Shown here one piece after another: positions 52,301-64,000 of a DNA stretch of 64,000 bases (its first letter is position 1; each line of letters begins with the position of its first letter). A program made the position numbers and the translations under genes. The notes under the pieces are model-generated. The model saw nothing but the letters and a program-made list of their open reading frames with translations. It was not told the DNA's origin and searched no databases. This DNA is from Amoebophrya sp. A120. Its lineage: Eukaryota; Protista; Dinoflagellata. The DNA lies in assembly GCA_905178155.1 (NCBI GenBank), contig CAJINV010000005.1:3757697-3821696 (forward strand). Reading direction: 5' to 3'.

Positions 52301-52633
52301 AATCGGACTCACGAAAGTTGAGTTCCGACTTGTCAGCTCGGCAATTTTCGCTTCTTCAGCTTCGGTGAAGCCAGCGTCGGTTGGGGGGGAAGTGAATTTT
52401 TGCTTCGTGCTGGACAACGATTCTGTTCTACTTGACGCTCCGCGCATATTCACATCCTTTCGCCGCCGTCGCGAGGAAGTAAGGGTAAGATCGGTTCTAC
52501 TCTTTTTTCTTGAGACTGATTCTTCTTGTTCTTCACGTGGGTTATTCCGTAGAAGAACCTCGGATTCTAGAGACTCAAGTGCATGCGGCCCTTTTCTTTT
52601 CGCTCGTGCCGCACTTTCTGCTGTGCTAGCCAA
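49346..52633 (-). CDS. PLD-superfamily domain (Nuc/Zucchini/MitoPLD-like) protein with a long disordered N-terminus
   Basis: AKRWIDIAMW...VRILVD...MHSKFIIID...TGSLNLT joined by GT-AG intron 50086-50301 to VPGFEWNRENVVVL; both ends uncertain. Confidence 0.8.
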
Positions 52634-55028
52634 ATTATTGTCAGTCCTGCTCTCACGATGAGCAGTCGAGGCGAATCGTCGCGCAGTAGGGGCTGTCGAA
52701 CCGCCTTGCTTGTTCCCTGTTTATCGAGTTTTTGTATGAATTCTGGCACTTGCTTATCCGTTGCATTGCGCACAACTGCACGTATTGCGACTAGGAAAAC
52801 GAAAATCATGTGCTGAAGTGTCGTGCGTGAAGAAGATGAACTTAAATAGCTGGCGCAATTCTTACCTGTATTTGGTCGTTCTTGCTCTCCTCCTCGACCC
52901 CCGCCGTTGGACCCAGCATTGAAAGCTGCTCCACCAGCACTGCTTTGCGCTGCCCCTGTCCCCTCAGCCGACAAAAGCATAAATCCAGCTGCCGAAAGCA
53001 AGCCGGCAGCACCCAGTGACGGCAGAAATGAAACTCGTCTCATGGTTTGCTTTCTGCAGGAGCAGAATCTTTGAATTGCTTGTGCAAAACAAAAAAAAAT
53101 GTCCGAGTACTAGCAGCCACTTTTTGCAAGGCGGCTCTTCTTGGCTAGAACTACGACTATGGAAGAGTTGCACGTAATATGCAGATTAAAACTCGGTGCA
53201 AAAAGCACGACGTTCAGTTTAAATTCATTAAAAACGTTTGGATCATATGTATTCAATTTCGGCCGCGAAAACGACAATTTCGCAACATATCGTTGCCTCA
53301 ACGCCAAAAGATCTTCCCTACTTGCAGCTATCTCCAACGCCGCCTGCAAAGATCTGTGGCCCTCTCTCTGGGTACTACTTATTTCCGGAAGAGCGATGCT
53401 GTCTTAGAAGAAGCAACTGCAACAAGCGGTAGCTCTGTCATTAATCACAATATTTCAAAGTGCAATACGCTCGATTCAAAACTATCATACCACAGCGCCT
53501 CCTTTAAAGACAAAAAATATTAGGTGGAGACTGGTACCTGTAAACACGAGCCACATCAATCTATCGCACACAAATGGAACAAAGAAACGTAAAATTAAAA
53601 ACCTAGCAACGACGTGCGTCGAAAAAAATTGCATTGATATTGTCCACAGATATAATTCGTACAAAATTTCCACAATGTGATCGGAAACATAAACCTAGAC
53701 CTTCTATCAAAATGCAATCACGGAAGCAAAAAAGTTTCTAACTATACTTTTTAAAAAAGTGCCCATGAATGATGTGATATGCTTGTTCTCTTTGTACGCT
53801 AATCTTCTGCCAATGCACCTAACAAATTGCTTTTGCAAGAGCCGTCCAGCATCGCTTTCTCAGTTACTAGACTTCTTGCTCTTTACCTCGTCCATCACCG
53901 CAAAAAACGAGGGCCGCACTGTTTTTTACCAAAGAGTAAGGAAAATCAAAGTGACGATCTTGACAAAAAAGCCGCAGCCGGAAAATGAACGCAAAAGAAA
54001 TCCGCATCGCTAACGCTGCTGCAGCTGCTGCGTCAAAGTTTGTGCAGCTGGGTGATCCTCATGGTTTCGCTACTTATTCCAATTTTCGCGTTTGATCTCG
54101 ACTCTTCTGAACACAAATACGAGAAGTGGTTCTTCGCTGCAATCCGAAAATCGAAAGGGAACAAAAGCGCCTCCGAAGGAGGTGAATTTTTGCGCTGGAA
54201 AATCAGAACATCAGTGCGTGCGCATCAAGAACAAGATCACTCACGTTATTTCGTCTTAGGTACCTCTTTACAAGGACGACGAGAAACTTCACTATATTGC
54301 AATACAACATCGACAATGAAAAAATTTTTTACAACGCTCGTAGAAGATCTGAGGTCGACATTCCGGGGGCGCAGCACAGAAAAAAAGTCGATAGTCTTTC
54401 TTGTACTGGTATATGTTCATGAGGAAACATTCTACAGTGGGCAACCGGACAAGGAAACTCGGGGCTACACGATAAAAGCAGTGCAGTACTTCTAGTTCAG
54501 AAAGGTTATTTACAAGTATAGAACAAGCAGCACTGTATCTCTCGGTTACTACGACGACTAGATCTGGACACGTCTTTTGTGTGTACTAAGTCGTTGCGAA
54601 ATAATATTGAGCCTGTCGCAGTTGACAGACAAAAACTGTATAGTATAGCAAAAGAAAGAACTTTAGGTTTAATCATCCGTTCACAAGTGTGTCTCACTTA
54701 AAAATGACACTTTGAAACCAACACCATCAATGCTACTTCGCGTCGACCCCATTCGAATACACAGAAACCTGTGACGGCGACACAGCATTACGGTATTCCA
54801 AGTAAAAATCAGCCTCACTGCGCCGGCACAACCCTGCTGATACTTGTAGTCATGCTTGACAACATGATCAGAAATGCATCTGGCGATTGTCTCATGCAGC
54901 TGGCGCAAGACAACATGAGCTGCGGCAAAATACGGAGTGCTCTGTTTGATTTCGATACATACATGACACAAGTTTGCGCACGCACCATCACAGTGAAGGC
55001 GATTATAGTCAGAACGTCTCTCCCTTTC

Positions 55029-56689
55029 TCATATTGGCTCGTCCAGTTTCAAATCCTCAAACACCTTCGCGATTTTCGGCATCACCCACTCTACCCACTC
55101 CGGATCGAGCAAGACCAGCTGGTGCGCCTTCATGTGCGGCGGGTCGGCGGGGAATACCTCCTTGAACACCTTCGATGTCACCGCGTTTACCGTGTGGTTA
55201 CCGTACCCGACGACGTTGTAGGCCATGCCACCCTGGTTCAGTGTGTCCCAGCCCCGCATCGGCCGGTTCGCGCAGCACCCGCCCGGGCCCTGGCGCCCGA
55301 CCTCGAAGTCGGCGAACGGGGTGTTGCCGTAGGAAACGGGGGTAAACATGCAGCACATCAGATTGGGGGCGGTCTGCTGGATGAAGACCTGATAATTTTT
55401 TTTCGTATGATCATGCTGGAATGCGTTTTTCGCATGACAGACACGTTCAGTCAAGCAAGAAAGACGTCGCACAGCAATGGAGGTAAGTATTGAAAAATCT
55501 TGTTGTATCTGTACGTTCGCACTCCGCTCCCACTTGGTCGTGATCATTTTCCGCTGGTCCTCGTCCATGCCATCCTCCTGCAATTTCTCGTCCAGCCGAA
55601 TCTTTACCGCTTCCACTTTCTGGTCCCAGGTTTTCGCCTGCTTATTCATCTTCATGGTCTGCTGGACCGGTGCGCGGTCCTCAATCACTTTGGTGTTCTC
55701 AAACCCCATCCGGAAGAAGTCGTAGGCCGACTCTAACAAGGGCCCGTGCGCCAGGAACTTCGGCATCATGTACCCGGTGTATTTTGTGTTGTAGCTCTGC
55801 GGCAGTTTCTCGATCGGGACCTTGTCGTGGTTCCTCCCGTTGTTGATGCAGGTCATGCAGGGCATCACGCACAGGCAGTTCGCGGTTTTGCACAGCTCCT
55901 GCAGCCCGAAGCACTGGTAGCAGCAGCCGCACGGAATCTGCGGGAAGTAGCAGGGCTGCGCCGGGCAGTAGAGCGGGCAGTGGGGCATGGGCTTCTGAAT
56001 CCAGTCGAGGCCGAGGACCAGGGAGGGGCACTGGTTTTTCATACGCAATTGGTGGTAGGTCTCGTTCATGTAGACGCCTGCAAAGGGTGGAAGATGTTCG
56101 AAACTTAAAGAAAGTTCAACTTGTAGCTTTTCATGCCTGTAAAGCATTTGTACATTACATGCTTATCTTGTTAATCGAGGTCGACGTCGATAGTGAAAAG
56201 CTGCCACGGCGGAGATAAAGAGAGCCAACGAGAACCACAAAGAAACCAAATTACAAGATCTTACTCCCTTATACCTCCCGCCGAATACGTGCTCAAGACC
56301 CATTTCCGACCCTTCTTCGCACCGGCCAACTCTAACTTCTCAATGATCGCATCCGAGTACAGCGCGCCGATCTCCGCCAATGACATCGTCCTGGGATCGT
56401 AGTCGATGTTCGTCATGAACGGGTGCTCTATGGCCCACAAATCCCGCTCGATCCCCAGCGCCTTCCAGATCTTGTGGAAGGGTCGGGTGGCTCCCCCGGC
56501 CGGGTGGACGAAGACCATGGGCGCCATGGTGTCGGATTTCGTTCCCTTCTGCACCTGGAACATCACCCCCTCCGAGTCGAGGGAGGATCTTTTGATCGGG
56601 ATGGGCTTTCCGGTCGCGTCCGTCGGCGGCATGGCGTAGGGAAATTTGGAGACAACTCCGCCGACCTTTTTTTGGGGAGAGGATGCCAT
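55029..56689 (-). CDS. type I (PKS/NRPS-like) thioesterase with a Cys-rich insertion
   Basis: FVHPAGG, STYSAGG-VYMNETYHQL...VLGLD across GT-AG intron 56078-56274; probable in-frame intron 55389-55514; candidate His in GYGNHT. Confidence 0.78.
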
Positions 56690-57187
56690 TTTCGAGGGTT
56701 TAACTTGTTTGCATAAAGAATGTAGTTCTACTTATTCGTAGCAGTTGTTTATACAACGGTGAAAAACTTCTACTGATTGTGGTTCGCAACTGCCTACCAC
56801 AGTAGTTCTTTGCCTGTTCTGTGAAATGAATTCATCGAGATTTTTGCGGACGTCATCAGCTGTTCCGGCAGAAAAAGTATTCGCATAATTGGATGTTGCG
56901 GGAGTAAAACTAAAACTCGCTAGTGCAGCAAGCATGGCGACGACTTACCCTACCCGAAACCGAATGGTAGAAAGAAACTGGCACCGCTACAATGATGTTA
57001 CATGATTAAGACTTCCCAGCATGACTCCTACGCCCAAACGCATCCCTTCCGATGAGAGCTGAGGTGGTGCTGCTCCCAGAAGCATGCATTGAAATTGATT
57101 CACTGTCTACAAGTATCGATCCGACAAAGAATGAAAAAACGAGAAGTGGTCACAAATAGTGCACGATCTAAATAAACGCAAGACGGC

Positions 57188-59876
57188 CTATACCACTTCC
57201 TCCTCTCCGCTCTGGCTTGCTCTCGAGTCAGCGATCGCTTGCAGGAGCAGATCGAGCCAGATTTCTATCCGCGGATTCCGCTGGTACTTGTCCACTTTCG
57301 AAACCAGGTCGATTTTCACGTCAAACCGCTTTTTCACGGTTCTCGCGACTTCTCCCAAACACCGGACCGCGAGAAAACTGTCCATCCCGAGAGTCGTTAA
57401 GGACCTCGTGTGCGCATTCGGACCGGTGAGGATTTCAGTGACTGAAATGTTGTCGACGGAAAGTTCCCCGAGAATACTAATCAACGCGTCGGTGACCCCG
57501 GCGGCCAAGGCATCTCGATCTATCGGCTGTAATTCTGCTTCTTCTTGTGCCCCGCTGCCACCAGCTGCTGAACTCGTCGCCAACTCCACACTCTTCCGGA
57601 TCATGGCCGGCACATCCACCGCTGCGAAAGTACTCGGTCTGCTGGAACCGCTTGATGTCCTTGCACTTGCAGCTGACGTCTTCTTCCCCGGGCTCGTGGG
57701 CTCGTTGACAGAAGCGCCGTAGGTATTTACGTTCTCTGGATCGAACACCGCGACTTGCAAAATCCTGTCTCGGTCGAAAACTCCGGACCAGGTGCTCTCC
57801 ACGGCTTCGAGCGAGTCAACATCCGTTGGTGTGATTAAGCCGAGCGAGCGGAGAAATTTCTGCGCCGGGAGATTTTTTCCGGAATTTTGGAACTGGATTT
57901 TCACTTCCGTGATATTTTTATTTGCAGCTGCGCCATCTACCAAATGCTTCAACATTTTGTGTTCCACACCGCGACCCAGAACTCGGCAGCTCATCACGAA
58001 ATTGTCCAAAACGAGGCGGTTTTTCTCCACGGACCAGAAGAGGACGCCGACCAACCCGTAGTCCCCGAACCGGTCCGAGACAAAGACCACGCTGCAGTTC
58101 AAGTCGCTCGGCATAGTCAGGTGCCGTTTCGTTGTGAAGTTGAATTGGTTGGATTTCTGCGTCAACTGCAGCACCCTGGGTTCGTTTTCTGGCTTTACCG
58201 CCTCGACTCTGATTTTCAAGTCCAGACTGTTGATAAAATCCGTGAAACTGGTCGCAGATTTCTGTTGCTCCTGCCGCGCAAACTCCACCCTGTATTGGTC
58301 CGACTTGCTCGCAGTACCAGCGGTAGTAGTACCTCCTGCTCCGTCTCCTCTCGTGTTTCCTCGAAAGTCGTCCAGTGGCCACAAGTGGTCTGCGAACTGC
58401 TGCGCTTGTTTGTCCCTCTGCTTTAGTAATTCTGGGACCATGATCTTACTGCTGTTGTTCGTCGTCCTCGCAGCTCCAGGCAAAAGAACCTCTCCGGCCT
58501 GAAGACTAATGTTGTTCTGTTGCTCAACATCCGCCTCGACGTTTCGAAAGGCTGGCACCTGAATCGCGGTAACGTTCGCAGTCGCTGGGTTGGCGCCGAC
58601 TTCCGCGAGTTCCATCGGGTTATCGTCTAAAAACACCCAACTCAAGTCGACGGTCAGATTCAGTTGCTCCGCTGCGGCTAGAATGTTCTGCGACTTCGGC
58701 TCCCAGTTGATCTTGTGAAGCACAAAATCGTCGAAGGAGAGAGGCCAGGGCTCTGCTGCTGGTGGGTTTTTAGTGCTGGTGTCCGTCATCTTCCCGGAGC
58801 CTTTACTATGAAAATCGAAGGCTTTCTTTACGTCGATTTCACTGTTCTTCGAGGCGGTTATCAACAGAATGTCCCCGTCGTCTTTGCGCTTCTTCAGAAG
58901 CTTCATCAGGGCGAGGTTCGCCTTCACTTCAAACGGCGCATTCTCCGAGTCGCCGACCTGCCCGGCCCACAGCGTGTTGTCGCAGTCACAAACAATCACT
59001 TTGGTTGGTGGCCGGCAGATGTCCGTAAGAGCGCGAGCGGTGTAGTAGGCGAGTAGATCGTAGCTGTGGGGATGTTGTTTTTGCTTGTCTGAATGTGCTT
59101 TGCATTTGGCTGTGTTATTTTGCAAAGAGAGCAAGAATGTGTCTGTGGTCGCCGTCGACCACCCCCATACACAACAGAACAAGAAAGACAGGCCGCAGTG
59201 GCATCGGAATAGAGCCGATGAAGTTCAAGTTCTCGCTTATCAAAAGCATCGCACTATACCCTTTCTTCGTGTAGGGAATCGCCCCTAGTTTATCCGACAC
59301 ACTGTCAAAATATTCTTCCGGGTCGCTAGTAAAGACACTGGTCTCGTCCCTCACCAAGTCATCCACTAAGACCACCTTACTGCAATCCTTTAGCCCGGTT
59401 TTCAACGCTGTCACCCACTGCCCTATCACCCCCCGCGACGGCACCGAAGATGAGGCAGCACTTTTGGAGTTCTTTCTTCTGTCTTCTGGACACAACACCA
59501 GCAACAATACCCCCTTTGCTTTTTCCGCTTTCTGGTAGGCCCGACAGGCCCTGGCCAATTCCTCGCCGGCGTTGGTGCTTGCGACATCGTTCCCAAAGTT
59601 GTCCTTGGTAACAGCGGTGTCACGGAGGTCGGAAAGCCGGATCAGGGCGATGTTGATCGCTAAAGCTTTGCGATTTGGGTCGGAGGTCGGACTTGGCAAC
59701 GTTGTGTTAGGATCGACGTAGAAGAGACTGCTGGCATTCAAGATGGATTGAAACACTTGGTTAAAGCCCGCACACGTGCACTCCACGTCCACTTCCGCCC
59801 AGCGGTCGGCGACCAAAGACGGCACCTCGTCGATGGTAAATGTGGAGGCAAAATTCAAAACGGTATGGGTCGACAT
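57188..59876 (-). CDS. FkbH-like protein (HAD-IIIC phosphatase plus acyltransferase-like domain) with a C-terminal acyl carrier domain
   Basis: KVIVCDCDNTLWAG, ASKN, INWEPKSQN, FLDDNPME, QLTQKSNQFNFT, VSDRFGDYGLVG, MSCRVLGRGVE; ACP motif LGMDSF; GT-AG intron 59064-59259 joins the N-terminal exon. Confidence 0.9.
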
Positions 59877-59906
59877 CAGTACTTCTTTGTACAGGTACTA
59901 TTTCCA

Positions 59907-59927
59907 AGAGAGAGAGAGAGAGAGAGA
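59907..59927. repeat. (GA)n microsatellite, a pyrimidine tract on the sense strand just upstream of the FkbH start
   Basis: about 10 AG units, 30 nt upstream of the ATG at 59876. Confidence 0.8.
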
Positions 59928-62900
59928 TAACCTATTTTCGCTGATCGCTGATAGCGCCACGCGGACGTGACCACCGGCGGCAGGGACGAACATAAGGGTC
60001 AGGAGACTCCCCTTTTTTCGAGGGGGTAAGAAAGCTAAATCCGCTCGCAAAAATTCGGCGGGCTTCGAACTACACAAAGATCCTGGATGTGCGTGAGGGA
60101 TGCAAAAGGATCAAAACGTAGTAGGAAGTCGAATACTGAATAGCTCTCAAACACCGACGTCCTTATGTTCTCATGTTGTTCAACTCCCGACGGTGATCGC
60201 AGCACCAGGAGCCCACACGAACTGAAAGAGTAGCGCGCGGCTAGCAGACCAGAGCAGGCGCGAATCGCCGATCATCCACAAGCGGAGATCAAACAGTAAA
60301 ACTTTCTTTTTCACAAGCAGAGCAGTAGCAAGCGCAATAGCGCTGAGGAGCAAGTAAGTTGTTTAGAGCTCCGGCGCCATATGAAACTACTTGCCAGGAT
60401 TCGCAGACCTGACCCAAAGCTATCTACGATCAGACGCCATGATGGAACTCCGCAGACAACGAACTAGCCTCCGATCATCATATAAATGTCATTCATATCA
60501 ACTGCGGAACCCGAGTGAGAAAGAACGAAAAGATGAGGTCGCGGGCACCGCGTTCGTGGCACATTTTCACCACCACCAGATAGCGCGCGCATGTAAACAA
60601 GCTCTGGCAGACTGACGAGCACCAAAGGGTGTTCGCCGGAAAGACAGCAGCAGAAAAAAGCGCCCATCTGGTTCCGGGAAAATCAACACGAAGTTGGTCG
60701 TCGGACCGCAGGGGTGTAGTACGAAAAGTTGTGCAACGTCCCGCCGGCAACACGTTGGTGAACGTCAAGTGCCAGAATCCCCAAAGACTGTCGCGCCCCC
60801 CCGGACAAACCCGCTGGCAAGGCGGAAAAAACAAAGCCCCTGCGAGTGCGCGGGATCCCGGATCCGCAACTAGCGCTACAAAGGTTGCAAAAGTAAAGAG
60901 AACAGACTTAGAGGGGAGAAGCAGGATAAAAGGGTAGAGATCAAAGTCTACAGGGGCGCATGCAAGAGGGGGCAAAAGGAACGGGCAGTCCAGTAGTAAG
61001 CAACAGCGAGTAAGAAAACAACACTTCGATGAAACTAGGACTAGTAAACAACGCACACCACACAGTTGAACGAAGGCCTTGTATCCGCTCTCCCGCTTCA
61101 GTGATGTCGTTGCCACCTCGCAACGCCCTTCTGTGGTCCGTCTGATCTACCCTCGGAAAGCGCGGCGGCGTGGCCCTAGGTGTCGGCAATGCTGTTGCTG
61201 ATAGAAATCCCCAGAGTGTTTGGTAGTCAGTTTCGTCAAGGTCAAACCGGAGGGCGTAGGGATGGTTTACCTGTCGCCTTGTAGCCCGAGGCTGGTTCGA
61301 ACCGTTCTACGCGCTGATGTCATCCGCGAGATGTCCGTGAAGAGTAAGGCGGCAAGTTAAGGGGGAATTGAGATGACGGGGAACATAAAAAATAAAAGGC
61401 AGTCGAAAGCAAACTAGTTCCCCGGCTCGACATGCGGCGACGCTGCCCTTCCGCGCAGCGCCCCGGCGAGCAGTTGACGGCGTACTCACTCACCGGACAG
61501 GCCGTCTCCCGTTGTTCAGCGGCGCGGCTATTCTAGCACAAAAACATTAGTAGTAGTTTTTGCGACTTCTATCTTTTTCTTTCTTACTAAGCTATTACTA
61601 GTCTTATTCTTTTTCTCACTAAGCTATCTGCAGACCTCGGCGGCGCATCCACCCGGTGAGTGAGTGAGGGCAGTTTGTGCAGGACGCATTGTATTTTTGT
61701 TTTTGGCCGACGTGCTTTTGCGTGTGTGTGTGTGTTTCTTCGTCAACGTCCTTATGTGTGCACCCATGTGAGACTAGCGCTACCGGGGGGCTCTTCCTGT
61801 CCCCCCGGGTCCTAATGTGTTTTGATTTGGAAAGGGGTAGTATCCGTTCTCAAACAAACAAACGCAGGATAACTACTATAATTTGCTCGTTTAATGAGCG
61901 CAGCAAATTGCTGTATTGATGTACGGGACCATATCTGCCATGCGGGATCGTGAGGAAAAGGATTTAGAAATTTTTTGTGAACAGAGAACATAGCGGATCT
62001 AGATATTGAGCATGTAAACTACTATTCTAAAAAAGTTCATAAGATGATGCACAACTATTAAAACATAAAGGAGCAAAAAAAAAAGGTGAATGCGGGAGCA
62101 AGGTCTTAACAGTCTAACGGATTGACTTCGTGCGTGTACACAGAGTTTGTCTCTTTACAATGAGTATTTACTTACATTTAAGTTCGCTCAAAGCAACAAA
62201 CATAAACTTTGTGAGATCCTGCGGGTTTTTTTTTTCGTTTTCCAATCGATTTATATTTTACAGAAGCACAAGCGGAGGAGAACTTTTATTGCAAAGAACA
62301 AACCGATACGTAAAATCATACAAGGGTAGAAACATCAGGCAACTTTAGTTTGTTCGTGCGTCGTTGTGGTGTCACTACAAGCTCGACTACTATTTAAGTT
62401 GAGGAAAATGCACGACTGGTATGAAATAAACGCGGCCGTGGGGGTCCTATGATATTAATGGGGGTAGGTCTAGGAGTCATCAATTCTTGGCTGCCATGAC
62501 AACGACGAAAACAAAAATCATTTTTGTGTAGTGTCGTTCTACTACGTTTCGATTTTCTCGACCTAACATGATATAATACCAAGCACAAACCACGCAAATA
62601 TACGACCGCACCGTGTTCACTCAAAATGTATAATCCTTTTGTTTTTGAAAAACAAACAGAACACTTCTTGCGAGTAGCAAAATTCTAGATATCTGTGAAT
62701 TTGCTGTTCGGAAAAAATGCTTTTGTGCGTGAAGGCCACAAAAGGTTGCCGTTAGCCGTTCAAACATCGTCAGCTGTAAGCTTTCCGATGGACGAGAGAC
62801 AACACAACACACTAGCTACTATACCGCGATGTGTGTCAAACCACTCGGATGGCTCGGGGCGCAAAGTTTTGAGTTGTAGCGCTGCAACACAAGATGGTAT

Positions 62901-63808
62901 CGGTAGCTTGCCTTGATACTAGAGCAGCGATGCCTCTGCTACGGGCCAAAATTGCTTGTCAAAATTTCAGAATGTAGCGCCGCACATCGCTCGTTCGTGC
63001 GTAGTGGATCTCAAATATTGACACCAAGGATCTGGTCGTATCTGCTGGGATAGGCACTGGAGAACGGCCTAAGGAGTCCTGCAGGAACTTGAAACAAGTT
63101 TACTCAACCGACCTGAGGATCGACGAACACCAAAAAAGCCAAAAATCTTTGCCGTGCAGCTACTAAGTCCATTCTGGCACATCAAGTGCTTGGCCACGCG
63201 CGGCCAACAAGTTTCGTCCGCTGCAGGCAACAACTTCTCCCTTCCTTTCTGCTGCACGAAACAGAGAATCAAAATTTCGCCCGTTGTTGCAGAGTGCACA
63301 AACAAAAGGCATGTGTACAAATCGATACATTCATTTTGCAACAGAACTATACTTCCGCGACACAAGTGCTGCCTCCTACCTCAATAGTAGATGAAAGCAC
63401 AGGTCGTGTAAGCTGCTTCCTCGTCTGGTGGTACAAGTCACAAAGACGTATGCAGCGCAAGCTATTATGCCCCCAACACCCGTCACAACAAGCATAGGTT
63501 ATGGCTTTGCATAAATGTAACCATAAGCTTGTGGTGGCAAGACAGGGGGTATAAAAGTTTGTTTCGTATAACAAATAAAGTACAGACACGCGCATCAAAA
63601 TCCACGATCTTGATTCCCGCCCCCATATTCAAACAATACGCGATCACGCGTACAGAAGATCGCCGCGACGCCCTCTATTTGGTAGTTCTGAATGACAAAT
63701 ACCGCACAACAAGAAAATGTCTCCTGCTTGCGCCAACTGCATAGTAGCTTTCCATTCTACATTCTAGCTGGATTTATATATCAAGTTAAGCCATGGCCAG
63801 GGCGTAAA

Positions 63809-64000
63809 AAACCGAGAATCGGAAACCGAGAATCGGAAACCGGAAACCGAGAACCGAGAATCGGAAACCGAGAATCGGAAACCGAGAACCGAGAATCGGA
63901 AACCGAGAGCCGAGAATTGGAAACCGAGAACCGAGAACCTGAAACCGAGAATCGGAAACCGAGAACCGAGAATCGGAAACCGAGAATCGGAAACCGAGAA
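63809..64000. repeat. tandem satellite of 7-bp units (AACCGAG / AATCGGA) with 14- and 21-bp higher-order periods, continuing past the window end
   Basis: AAACCGAGAATCGG repeated with variants to position 64000. Confidence 0.92.

Noticed and set aside
52567-53349. Upstream ORFs as 5' exons of the PLD gene
   Set aside because: Plausible, but no supportable junctions or homology were found.
54745-54960. Possible further introner downstream of the thioesterase stop
   Set aside because: It has CATGA-type motifs and an ATA end, but I could not define a matching left TIR or direct repeat.
56732-56935. Small ORF as a linker exon between ACP and thioesterase
   Set aside because: No consistent splice phases could be assigned on both sides; left unresolved.

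Overview
This is eukaryotic protist DNA, most consistent with an alveolate such as the parasitic dinoflagellate Amoebophrya (inferred from gene content, one-strand gene organisation and intron style; not checked against a database). Every credible gene lies on the minus strand. They encode an HSL-type alpha/beta hydrolase, an ATP-grasp-like protein, two large low-complexity proteins, a small Cys-rich protein, a secreted NTPDase/apyrase, a cGMP-dependent protein kinase, a 14-exon kringle-like-repeat surface protein, a tandem PLD-nuclease locus, and an FkbH-ACP plus thioesterase locus. The main signal is a set of 13 non-autonomous 'introner' elements, 160-370 bp long. Each starts and ends with TA, has imperfect terminal inverted repeats and sits between 5-bp direct repeats (perfect in 5 cases, degenerate in the rest). 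Removing an element plus one repeat copy restores the reading frame, although 12 of 13 offer no GT-AG pair. Members of one family occur in both orientations relative to transcription, and one element carries a 5'-truncated RTE-like LINE inside its terminal repeat. There are also two unexplained GC-rich islands and a terminal satellite. All exon and intron boundaries were inferred by eye, without transcript data.
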